From: a virus
Lineage: Duplodnaviria > Caudoviricetes
Virus record (IMG/VR): IMGVR_UViG_3300049781_000046
Span: 1-41,887 of that record
Direction: 5' to 3' (one strand)
DNA: 41,887 bases
Shown: piece after piece, positions 1 through 7,970 of the stretch
How positions within the stretch are numbered: position 1 is the stretch's first letter
How the letters are laid out: the number at the start of each line of letters is the position of its first letter
Translations under genes and position numbers: made by a program
The notes under the pieces: model-generated
Told to the model about the DNA's origin: nothing
The model's input: only the letters and a program-made list of their open reading frames with translations
Database searches by the model: none

Positions 1-2
1 AC

Positions 3-1463
3 ACCGAGGCCGGCGCGGTCCCGGAGAAACGCGGCGAGGAGATCCGCGGCGTCGGCATCCCCCACAGTGAAGGCCCCGGTATCGCCTTCGCCGTCCACAC
101 GCCGTCCGGTATTCCTGCCGCGGTCGCCGTCGGCAAGAAGCAACAGATCGCCGCCGCCCTCGGTGTGCACTCCGACTGGATCGACCTGTCCGTCGGCAGC
201 GTCGAAACCCTGCTGCAGATCTGGGTAGCCAGCGAGGACCCGTTCGCCAGCGCCCACGTCTCCCCGCTCATTGGGCACAAGGGGGCCCTCGACTTGTGGA
301 ACGAGGGGGCCCCCATCGCCTTCGGGAAGCGCGGTAACACCGTATGGCTCCGCGTCCGCGACACCATGATCCTGGTCGGTGGTGCCACACGTCGCGGCAA
401 GGGCGTGTTCATCGCCAACCTCAACTTGGGCGCCGCTAAGGACGTGCGGGTCAACCTGCGGCTGTTCGACGGCAAGGCATCCGGCGAGCACAACGCGTCC
501 GCGCGGATCCTCGCCACGTTCGTCAAGAAGAACCCGGAACGGCTGGCCTTGTTCCTGCGGGCCGTTCTGGAGGACATGGACCGCCGGGCCGACTTTCTCG
601 ACGAGCGTGGCAAGGCGAAGCTCACAGAGGATCTCATCGACGAGATCGGCGGCATCGAACTCATCGACATCGACGAGCTGGCCACCTATACCGCGAAGTT
701 CACCAGCCCCTTCCGAGACGAGATCATCGAGAGCTTGTGCCAGATTGCCGCTGTCGGCGCGAGCCTAGGCGTGCTGCTGGTGTGCGCCACCCAGGTGCCC
801 GAGGTCGACGTCGTGCCGGCGCGGCTGCGGCAGAACCTCATCTCCCGGGCGTCCATGAACACGGAGTCGCCGCAGGCCTCGAACACGATCCTCGGCGACG
901 GCATGGCTGGCCAGGGCTACGACGCGTCGTTGATTCCGCTCAACCAGCCGGGCCGGTTCTGGTTCAAATCGCCAGACCTTGGCACTGTCTCCCTGCGCAG
1001 CTTCTTCATTGACGACGACGACAAGCCGCCGATCATTGCCGACGCCTACGAGTTGCGGAAGGCTGCGGGCCGGCTGCCTGGTCAGTGGCGCGACCCGATC
1101 GAGGAGAGGCTGATCGCCTGGACCGGAGTCTCGTCGGCAGCAGGCGGGGAGCGCGGCAACGGGCGCATCGTCCGCGTCACTCTGCTGGAGCGGCTGGAGG
1201 CGATCGCCCGCGCGACCGGCCGCGGGGGAGCGAGCAACGCCGAGGTGTTCGCCGCGCTTGCGGCCTCGAACCCGGCCAAGTATTGCCGCCAGGACGGTGA
1301 GACAGACCGCGGCTGGACCACCCGCGTCGGCAAGATCCTCAAGGACGAGATCGAGAGCCTCGGTGTCGACCTGGACGTAAAGCGGGTCCCCGGCCCCGAC
1401 GGAGAGCGCACCCCCGGCTACCTCCTCTCCGACATCACTGCCGCCCGGAATGTCCACAGTTGA
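3..1463 (+). CDS. FtsK/SpoIIIE-family DNA translocase, Streptomyces TraB-like (5' partial)
   Basis: Frame open from base 3; Walker A-like GGATRRGKG, DGK motif, Walker B LIDIDE, CATQ motif typical of FtsK/HerA ATPases; extra C-terminal domain. Confidence 0.8.
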   Translation, partial: TEAGAVPEKRGEEIRGVGIPHSEGPGIAFAVHTPSGIPAAVAVGKKQQIAAALGVHSDWIDLSVGSVETLLQIWVASEDPFASAHVSPLIGHKGALDLWNEGAPIAFGKRGNTVWLRVRDTMILVGGATRRGKGVFIANLNLGAAKDVRVNLRLFDGKASGEHNASARILATFVKKNPERLALFLRAVLEDMDRRADFLDERGKAKLTEDLIDEIGGIELIDIDELATYTAKFTSPFRDEIIESLCQIAAVGASLGVLLVCATQVPEVDVVPARLRQNLISRASMNTESPQASNTILGDGMAGQGYDASLIPLNQPGRFWFKSPDLGTVSLRSFFIDDDDKPPIIADAYELRKAAGRLPGQWRDPIEERLIAWTGVSSAAGGERGNGRIVRVTLLERLEAIARATGRGGASNAEVFAALAASNPAKYCRQDGETDRGWTTRVGKILKDEIESLGVDLDVKRVPGPDGERTPGYLLSDITAARNVHS

Positions 1464-1625
1464 GGTCTGACACAGGTCTGCCCTCACCTGGATAACCGCA
1501 GGCCGCAGGTCTGACACAGGTCTGCCAGGGCCAGCCAGCCAGCCACCCCAACGGCAGGACGTGTCAGACCTGCGGCAGACCTCCCACCTGCTGCTTTACC
1601 GCCCGTGACAGACCTCAGACAGACC
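1462..1625. repeat. Cluster of (C/G)AGGTCTG 8-mers; candidate clt (cis-acting locus of transfer)
   Basis: Forward copies at 1462, 1473, 1506, 1517; reverse copies at 1565, 1576, 1609; 20-bp direct repeat 1463-1482/1507-1526; 16-bp perfect inverted repeat 1502-1517/1561-1576; begins at the translocase stop codon. Confidence 0.7.
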
Positions 1626-1639
1626 GAAAGGAGGCCCAA

Positions 1640-2290
1640 ATGCTCACCCTGAAGATCCAGTCCATGACGATCAACGGGCACCCCTATCTGTGCCCCGAGT
1701 GCGCCTCCGAGGCCTTCACCCTCGACGGCACCGGATGGATCGACGCCTTCCCCGTCCGCGGCAACTGCTGGCAGTCCCACAGCTGGGAAGAACCCCTCAT
1801 CACCCTCGGCGACCTCAAGCAGATCCAGGCCGCCCGCACCGGCCGACAGCGCGCCGAGGACGACGACACCTTCCACATCGTCATCGGCGGCGCCGTCCTC
1901 GCCGGCACCCTCCACCCCGACGTCACCCCCGACGACATCAAGCGGGCCGTCCGCGACGTGTACTGGCGGCGGATCATCAAGCCCGCCGTCCGCAAGCGGA
2001 GGAACGCCGCGAAGCGGGCTGTGAAGCGGGCCGTGAAGCAGCCGATCAAGCAGGCGGTGCGCGCCGCCCAGGGAGCCGCCTCCGACACCGTTGCCGCCGC
2101 CCAGGCCGCCGCGATCGGAGCCGACTGGAACCTGCGCACCGGCGGCGGCGACCCCGACCCCGACTACACGCCCGAACCCGTCAACGCCTGCCCGTTCTGC
2201 GACGACGGCTACATCCAGCTCGACACCCACCTGCACGCCACCACCCGCGTCCGCTGCTCCGTGTGCCACGGCACCGGCGAAATCGACTAG
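1640..2290 (+). CDS. Hypothetical Zn-finger protein
   Basis: RBS AAGGAGG; CPEC, CPFC and CSVCHGTG (DnaJ-like) motifs; basic central helix. Confidence 0.75.
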   Translation: MLTLKIQSMTINGHPYLCPECASEAFTLDGTGWIDAFPVRGNCWQSHSWEEPLITLGDLKQIQAARTGRQRAEDDDTFHIVIGGAVLAGTLHPDVTPDDIKRAVRDVYWRRIIKPAVRKRRNAAKRAVKRAVKQPIKQAVRAAQGAASDTVAAAQAAAIGADWNLRTGGGDPDPDYTPEPVNACPFCDDGYIQLDTHLHATTRVRCSVCHGTGEID

Positions 2291-2302
2291 GAGAACCCGC
2301 CC

Positions 2303-2797
2303 ATGATCGAGCCCCGCACCCCCGTCAGCGAGGAGGTGGCCGAGCAGGAAGCCCGCCGACTCATCCACGACGCCTACCAGCCCACCGCAGTCCGCATCGA
2401 CGACCCCACCATCCCCTCCTACAAGGACGGGCCGCGTGTCGGCACCACCGCGCCCGTCCCGCAGCCCGACGCCCGCATCGTCCCGCAGTGGGCCCTCGGC
2501 CTTGCCGTCGCCTCCGTCGGTGTTGGTGCCGGATCCACTGGACTCGGCTGTGCCGCCTGGCTGTTCTTCCGAGGCCTGTCCATGGTGAGCGTGCCCAGCC
2601 TCGAACGGTTCGCGTGGATCGTAATCGCCCCCTTCGCCGGTGCCGCCATGCTTTTCACGGCCATCGGCGGCCTCGTCAGCAAAGCCAAGCGGGCGACGGT
2701 GCCCGAGGAGCACCACCACCACTACACCGGGCCCGTCCAGCAGGAGCACCACACTGACCAGCGGCGCGCCGTCTGGCAGAAGGACGTCATCAAGTAG
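2303..2797 (+). CDS. Two-TM membrane protein (possible spread/transfer accessory)
   Basis: RBS AGGAG; two hydrophobic segments; HHHHYTGPV tail; lies downstream of the TraB-like gene. Confidence 0.7.
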   Translation: MIEPRTPVSEEVAEQEARRLIHDAYQPTAVRIDDPTIPSYKDGPRVGTTAPVPQPDARIVPQWALGLAVASVGVGAGSTGLGCAAWLFFRGLSMVSVPSLERFAWIVIAPFAGAAMLFTAIGGLVSKAKRATVPEEHHHHYTGPVQQEHHTDQRRAVWQKDVIK

Positions 2798-2941
2798 CCA
2801 CAGCGCAGCCCCACACCCCCACGTGGCCCCGGCCGGGATCGTCTCCGGCAGGGGCCGCTGTCATGCCCCGCCGCTGTCAACACCGCCATGCACACTGGTC
2901 GCAGAGCCACCGCTTCCCGCACCCGCCGCCGAGGAGCCACC

Positions 2942-3598
2942 GTGCACGACCAGCCCACCCCCGCCGAGTCCGACTACACGTGGCCGACCTGTGCCGCCTG
3001 CCCCCGGCCGCTCCGTCACGACGAACTCGGCCGCGCCTCCTGCCGCCTGTGCCAGGACCGCGCCGACGATGCGCTCCGTCAACTTCCCGGACCCGGCGGC
3101 CTGTACGCGCAGCTCGCCACACGGCTCGCCCCCGGCCGCGGTGGGGACAGCGTCGTCGTCACCGCCTCCCGCACCGCACCCCTCCCGCTACGGCTGGAAC
3201 CCCTCAGCCTCCTGGCCCGCGGGGGAGTGGTCACCATCCTCCAGACGTGGCAGATCGACTGGCACGAGCAGCTGGGCTGGCGGCACCCCCGCTGGACAGG
3301 CGGCCTGCAACAGCAGTGCGACGAAGCCGTAAAGGCCCTCCGGAACAACCTCGAATGGGCGGCCAGCAGCCACCCCGCATTCGGAGAATTCATCCAGGAG
3401 GTCACCTCGCTGGTCCGGCAGTGCGAACAGCAGATCACCGGCGAACGCCAGGAGCGGCCCATCTCCGTGGCCTGCCCCTGCGGCGCCATCCTCCGCATCA
3501 CCGTGTCCACGCCCGGGAAGCGTTGCCACGGTTGCAACACCCAATACGACCGCGGCGAAGTCCTCGACCTGCCGCTCGCGGACCGGGCCGCTGCGTAA
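2942..3598 (+). CDS. Zn-finger protein, putative late-gene regulator
   Basis: RBS GAGGAG then GTG; CAAC/CRLC and CPC/CHGC pairs; directly upstream of a promoter-terminator unit preceding late genes. Confidence 0.65.
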   Translation: MHDQPTPAESDYTWPTCAACPRPLRHDELGRASCRLCQDRADDALRQLPGPGGLYAQLATRLAPGRGGDSVVVTASRTAPLPLRLEPLSLLARGGVVTILQTWQIDWHEQLGWRHPRWTGGLQQQCDEAVKALRNNLEWAASSHPAFGEFIQEVTSLVRQCEQQITGERQERPISVACPCGAILRITVSTPGKRCHGCNTQYDRGEVLDLPLADRAAA

Positions 3599-3625
3599 CT
3601 ACCCCGTCACGCACAGGGCTTGTGC

Positions 3626-3654
3626 TTGCGCACGTGATCGCGATATGTCACAGT
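3626..3654 (+). promoter_or_regulatory. Putative sigma70-type late promoter
   Basis: TTGCGC-N17-CACAGT in intergenic DNA. Confidence 0.4.
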
Positions 3655-3691
3655 GCCCTCATCCGGATACGCGTGTGTCCGCAGCTACTAC

Positions 3692-3720
3692 AGCCCCCAG
3701 CTTCCGGCCGGGGGCTTTCT
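3692..3720 (+). terminator. Intrinsic terminator/attenuator hairpin
   Basis: AGCCCCC...GGGGGCT followed by TTCT. Confidence 0.55.
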
Positions 3721-3737
3721 GCATGTCGGGGGTATGT

Positions 3738-3983
3738 ATGAGCGTCACCGACCTGTACCCCGAAGACCTCGTCTTCGAGCACGAAGCATCGGCCGCAACC
3801 GGCATACCCGGCCCGGTGATCCGACAGTGGGCCAGGCGCGGCAAAGTCCGCCGCTTCCCAGGCCGCCCCGGTGAATACTCCGGCCAAGGCCACGAATACA
3901 AGACGCTGTACGCCCTGCCCGACGTGAAGGCCCGAGCCGCCACCTACCGGCCCATGCCGCAACGCGCCCGCCGCGCTGCCTGA
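3738..3983 (+). CDS. Small MerR-like HTH DNA-binding protein
   Basis: EASAATGIPGPVIRQWARRGKV pattern. Confidence 0.7.
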   Translation: MSVTDLYPEDLVFEHEASAATGIPGPVIRQWARRGKVRRFPGRPGEYSGQGHEYKTLYALPDVKARAATYRPMPQRARRAA

Positions 3984-3985
3984 TC

Positions 3986-4115
3986 TCCCGTCGCCCGGTC
4001 GTCCCCCCGTCACGGGCGGCGGGACTCCAACGTCCGCCGCCTGGCGTCCGAGGCTGGAGAGTCTCACGCGGGAACACGGGCCCGCAGGGTGCGCAGCGCC
4101 AGGCGGCGGACACCA
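3986..4115 (+). ncRNA. Candidate structured RNA: 6C-loop hairpin plus a multibranch stem ending in ACCA
   Basis: Stem 3986-3997/4013-4024 with CCCCCC loop; perfect 15-bp stem 4032-4046/4097-4111 enclosing two small hairpins, followed by ACCA. Confidence 0.4.
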
Positions 4116-4199
4116 CGTCACAACACGGCCACACACGTCCCAACCGGCCCCCACGCGACGGATGATGCTCCCTCAGCCACAGAAGTCCTTGGGGGGACC

Positions 4200-4775
4200 A
4201 TGCACGTCCGCAGAGCCGCCTGCACCGCCCTGCTCCTGGCAGCCACCGCCACCGCATGCAGCAGCAGCGACGAACCCGACACCATCCGCGTCACCGTCAC
4301 AAAGACCGCGCCCGCCACAACCAGCAGCCCGCCGCCCAGCCCGGCCGACAGCACGCTGAAGATGGGCGCCACCAAGACCATCGACGACGACGCCAACAAT
4401 GTCCACATCACCATCCAGGCCCTGGCCTACGAGCAGCCCGTCAAGGGCACGCAACCCCAGAAGCCCGACGCCGCCCTAGGCGGAGACACCTGGTCCACGG
4501 TCAACGTCAAGGTCTGCAACGTCAGCGGGCCCAACATCAACGTCAGCCAGACCCCCTGGTCCCTCGCCTACGCCGATGGCACCAGCGTCGAGACCACCGG
4601 GCTCAGCGGCGGCGACATGCCCAAGCCCGAGTTCCCCATGGACAAGGCCGTCAAGGCTGGCCGCTGTGCCGCGGGCCTCATCGCCTTCCCCGTAGAGGGC
4701 AGCAAGACGCCGGTGCGCGTCGTCTACGAGCCCGACGGCACAGAGCCCACCGAGTGGGCGGTCACCGCGTCCTGA
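4200..4775 (+). CDS. Lipoprotein with Ig-like/DUF4352-type domain
   Basis: Signal peptide with lipobox ATAC-SSS, Pro/Thr linker, beta-rich domain ending VVYEP. Confidence 0.8.
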   Translation: MHVRRAACTALLLAATATACSSSDEPDTIRVTVTKTAPATTSSPPPSPADSTLKMGATKTIDDDANNVHITIQALAYEQPVKGTQPQKPDAALGGDTWSTVNVKVCNVSGPNINVSQTPWSLAYADGTSVETTGLSGGDMPKPEFPMDKAVKAGRCAAGLIAFPVEGSKTPVRVVYEPDGTEPTEWAVTAS

Positions 4776-4781
4776 TGTGAG

Positions 4782-5072
4782 GTGGCGCCCGTGGCTGGCA
4801 ACCCCCGCAACGGGCGCCCCTACCGCAGACTCGTCGACTGGCTCCGCTCCCAGCAGCTGCCGTGCTGGCTGTGCGGCCACAACATCGGCTACGAGCTCGA
4901 CGCCCGGCATCCGCTCAGCTTCACCCTCGACCACGAGGTGCCGCTGTCGAAGGGCGGGAACCTGCTCGACCCGGCCAACGCGAGGGCCGCACACCGACGG
5001 TGCAACAGCAGCCGCGGCAACCGCACCACCCGGCCCAAGGTGGCGCCGCGGCGATCCTCACGGAGGTGGTGA
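4782..5072 (+). CDS. HNH endonuclease (packaging-associated)
   Basis: CWLCG...LDHEVPLSKGG...AHRRCNSSRGN; upstream of terminases; start may be 4791. Confidence 0.92.
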   Translation: MAPVAGNPRNGRPYRRLVDWLRSQQLPCWLCGHNIGYELDARHPLSFTLDHEVPLSKGGNLLDPANARAAHRRCNSSRGNRTTRPKVAPRRSSRRW

Positions 5073-5074
5073 CC

Positions 5075-5368
5075 ATGTCGCCAGGTACTGCGAGTTACCA
5101 GCGCACTGCCCGTTGGCTGCACCGGAACGGCATCGCCCGAACCATCAGCAGCACCAGCAGCACGAGCCGCCCCGACGTCGACTACCTGATGGAGTCACGA
5201 GGCTGGACGCCACGCTGGCTAGTCGTGTGGGCGGCCCGCAAGAACTTCGCCCGGACGTACACCAGCAGTTCAGGCCAGCTCCGACTGGCGCAGGTCAGAC
5301 GCCACGACACGGCAGCCGACGGAAGTCGGCGCTGGTCCCTGCGATGGAGCCCCTGCCGCGCGAGGTGA
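5075..5368 (+). CDS. Hypothetical protein
   Basis: RBS GGAGGT; fills the gap between HNH and ATPase genes. Confidence 0.55.
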   Translation: MSPGTASYQRTARWLHRNGIARTISSTSSTSRPDVDYLMESRGWTPRWLVVWAARKNFARTYTSSSGQLRLAQVRRHDTAADGSRRWSLRWSPCRAR

Positions 5369-5374
5369 CCCTGC

Positions 5375-5812
5375 GTGCTGTACGTCGTCACCGGCCCGCC
5401 GGCCGCAGGCAAGTCCAGTTGGATCGACGCACACGCCAAGGCCAGCGACATCGTGATCGACCTCGACCGCATCACGTCCGCGCTGACCGGGCCAGGCGCA
5501 CCGCAGTGGAACCAGCACCCACTCCACCTGAGGGTCGCTCACCGTGCCCGGTACGCAGCCATGGACGCAGCCTTCGAACTACTCGACCAGTGCGACGTCT
5601 ACCTGATCCACACCATGCCCAACGGCAAAGCGATGGCGAAGTACAAGCGACTGAAGGCACGCATCGTGACCGTGGACCCAGGCCAGGACATCGTCATGCA
5701 GCGCATCAAGGCGATGCGGTCCGTCGACATGGAGCGGGTCGCGACGCGCTGGTACAACGCCCGACGCAGGCTGCCGCATGAGGCGATGCCCCAGGCGTCC
5801 AGATCCTGGTGA
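5375..5812 (+). CDS. Small P-loop (AAA/kinase-like) protein
   Basis: N-terminal VVTGPPAAGKSS and DIVIDLD. Confidence 0.85.
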   Translation: MLYVVTGPPAAGKSSWIDAHAKASDIVIDLDRITSALTGPGAPQWNQHPLHLRVAHRARYAAMDAAFELLDQCDVYLIHTMPNGKAMAKYKRLKARIVTVDPGQDIVMQRIKAMRSVDMERVATRWYNARRRLPHEAMPQASRSW

Positions 5813-6045
5813 CCTCCGATCACGGCTGGTGAGGACGGCCTCTCGCAGTCGCCGGCCGCACTCGCCGACCTGAAGTGATCACGGTCAATGGGGGAGGGCT
5901 GGGTCGAAAGTTCGGCTTGAAACCGGGCGACCCAAACGCCCTTGTCGCCCGATTTTTTGCGCGGCCAAATCCAAAGCCCTAATCCGGCGAAGCGAACGCC
6001 AGCGATTTAGCGGACGTCACTCTGTGTGATGTGACTGTGTGTCAC
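5813..6045. other. Probable cos/packaging-initiation region
   Basis: Non-coding gap between HNH/ATPase and small terminase; G-rich tract 5890-5903; hairpin GGGCGAC/GTCGCCC with T-tract; GATCACGG repeats; exact cut site not determinable. Confidence 0.5.
6016..6045. promoter_or_regulatory. Two abutting BldD-type boxes
   Basis: GTCACTCTGTGTGAT matches NTNACNCWGNGTNAN fully; GTGACTGTGTGTCAC has one mismatch. Confidence 0.5.
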
Positions 6046-6059
6046 GACCGGGGGTGATC

Positions 6060-6338
6060 ATGAGCGGACTCGTCGACAAGATCGAAGCCGAACTCGAAGA
6101 TCTCCACGCGCACGAGACTTCCCCAGGTATGGCGGCCGTCGCTGTCGAGCTCGCGAAGGCGATCGTCGAATCGGACGCTCCCACCGCCAAGGCGGTTGTC
6201 GCCGAAAAGCTACGCACGATCATGGCCGACCTCCGCAAGCAGGCCCCCGTCGAGTCGAAGGGGGATGCCGTCGATGACATTGGTGAGCAGCGAAAGAAGC
6301 GCCAAGCAGCAGCCCGCAAGCAGGCGGCCGGACAGTGA
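6060..6338 (+). CDS. terS: Terminase small subunit (putative)
   Basis: Small helical protein overlapping the large terminase start; DAVDDIGEQRKKR C-terminus typical of actinophage TerS. Confidence 0.7.
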   Translation: MSGLVDKIEAELEDLHAHETSPGMAAVAVELAKAIVESDAPTAKAVVAEKLRTIMADLRKQAPVESKGDAVDDIGEQRKKRQAAARKQAAGQ

Positions 6339-7800
6339 CGACGGCCCGATCTATGGCTGGCAGCAGCCTCCGGTCGAGACCGTGCCGCCGTCGGCGTCCA
6401 GTGCCGGCCAGGAGGCCATCGACCTTGCCGCGCGCGCGGGCCTGAAGCTGGATCCGTGGCAGCAGTACGTGCTCCGCCGCGGGATGGGCGAGAAGCCGGA
6501 CGGCTCTTGGGCCGCGTTCGAGTGTGCCGTCAACGTCCCCAGGCAAAACGGCAAGGGCGGGATCATCGAGGCCCGCGAGTTGTGGGGCCTGTTCATCGGT
6601 GGCGAGCAGCTGATCCTGCACAGCGCGCACGAGTTCAAGACGGCGAAGGCCGCGTTCAAGCGCATCGAGCGCCTCATACGGGCATGCCCTGACCTGCATA
6701 AACGCGTAAAGGCGTACCGGTACACGGTTGGCGAGGAGTCGATCGAGCTGCACTCGGGGCAGGTGCTGCGGTTCATCGCCCGCTCGAAGGGTTCGGGGCG
6801 CGGGTTCACCGGCGACTGCAACATCCTCGATGAGGACATGATCCTCGGTGACGACGCGATGGACGCGCTGCTGCCGACCATGGCGGCCGTCGCCAACCCG
6901 CAGATCTGGTATCTGGGCAGCGCCGGTATCGGTGCCCCGTCTGTACAGTTGGGCCGTCTGCGGCGGCGGGCCCTGGCCGCGATTGAGGCGGGGGCGCCGG
7001 ATCCGAGCTTGGCGTACTTCGAATGGTCCGCGGACCTGCACTTGGACGAGTGTCCGAACGACTGCGCGGCTCACGACGATGCGGCCTCGGACGAGGCGGT
7101 CCTGAAGGCCAATCCGGCGGTCGGTTACCGGCTCACCTTGGACAAGGTGCACAACGAGCGGATGACGCTCAGCCCGGCCGGCTACGCCCGTGAGCGCCTC
7201 GGTGTGGGTGACTATCCGTCGGATGGGGCGGACACGTGGCAGGTCATCGGTGAGGACGCGTGGCGGGCCCTGGCGGCTGCGGAGTCCACGCCCAGCGACC
7301 CGGTGGCGTTCGCGATCGATATGACGCCGGAGCGGTCGCATGCGGCGATCGCGGTGGCGGGAAAGTGGCGTGGTGGGACGCACGTTGAGGTGGTGGATCA
7401 CCGGCCGGGGACGGGCTGGATCCTGGACCGGGCCGCTGAGTTGCATGAGAGGTGGCGTCCGCGCTGCTGGGTCGTTGACGGGGGTGGCCCTGCGGGGTCG
7501 CTGATCGCGGACCTGGAGGAGCGTCTGGGTGTCGAGGTGGTGCAGCCGAAGGCCCGTGAAGTGGCGGCGGCCTGCGGGCGGTTCTACGACGCAGTGACCG
7601 AGCAAACGCTGTCCCACTTGGATCAGGCGCCGCTGGCGGCGGCTCTGGCGGGCGCGCAGAAGCGTCCGCTCGGGGATGCGTGGGCGTGGGCCCGGCGGAT
7701 TGTGTCGGTGGACATCAGCCCGCTGGTGGCGGCGACGCTCGCCAAGTGGGGGCTCGGCGCAGAGATCGAGGAGCCGGAAGGGGCGCCGAACCTATGGTGA
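6274..7800 (+). CDS. terL: Terminase large subunit
   Basis: LDPWQ, VPRQNGKG Walker A, GRGFTGDCNILDE Walker B, DISPLVAATLA nuclease end; start uncertain. Confidence 0.95.
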   Translation: MTLVSSERSAKQQPASRRPDSDDGPIYGWQQPPVETVPPSASSAGQEAIDLAARAGLKLDPWQQYVLRRGMGEKPDGSWAAFECAVNVPRQNGKGGIIEARELWGLFIGGEQLILHSAHEFKTAKAAFKRIERLIRACPDLHKRVKAYRYTVGEESIELHSGQVLRFIARSKGSGRGFTGDCNILDEDMILGDDAMDALLPTMAAVANPQIWYLGSAGIGAPSVQLGRLRRRALAAIEAGAPDPSLAYFEWSADLHLDECPNDCAAHDDAASDEAVLKANPAVGYRLTLDKVHNERMTLSPAGYARERLGVGDYPSDGADTWQVIGEDAWRALAAAESTPSDPVAFAIDMTPERSHAAIAVAGKWRGGTHVEVVDHRPGTGWILDRAAELHERWRPRCWVVDGGGPAGSLIADLEERLGVEVVQPKAREVAAACGRFYDAVTEQTLSHLDQAPLAAALAGAQKRPLGDAWAWARRIVSVDISPLVAATLAKWGLGAEIEEPEGAPNLW

Positions 7801-7970
7801 CGCTGGCCTGGCTGTCGTTCGAGGTGGTGTGCCTGCTGGTCGCCCTGCTGGGGCTGTGGATCATCTTTCCTCCTGCGGCGATGATCGTGGGCGGTGTGGC
7901 GGGTGCGGTGGCCGCTGAGCGGGCGATGTCCGAGCGGGGCGAGGCGCGACGCAAGGGGGCCCGGCGGTGA
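7794..7970 (+). CDS. Small membrane protein between terL and portal
   Basis: 58 aa, two hydrophobic segments, overlaps both neighbours. Confidence 0.7.
   Translation: MVTLAWLSFEVVCLLVALLGLWIIFPPAAMIVGGVAGAVAAERAMSERGEARRKGARR

Noticed and set aside
1462-1625. CRISPR array
   Set aside because: Repeats are 8-20 bp, irregular and in both orientations; no spacers or cas genes
4032-4115. Canonical tRNA gene
   Set aside because: Ends in ACCA but lacks T-loop and D-loop consensus and has a 15-bp closing stem; kept only as a tRNA-like candidate
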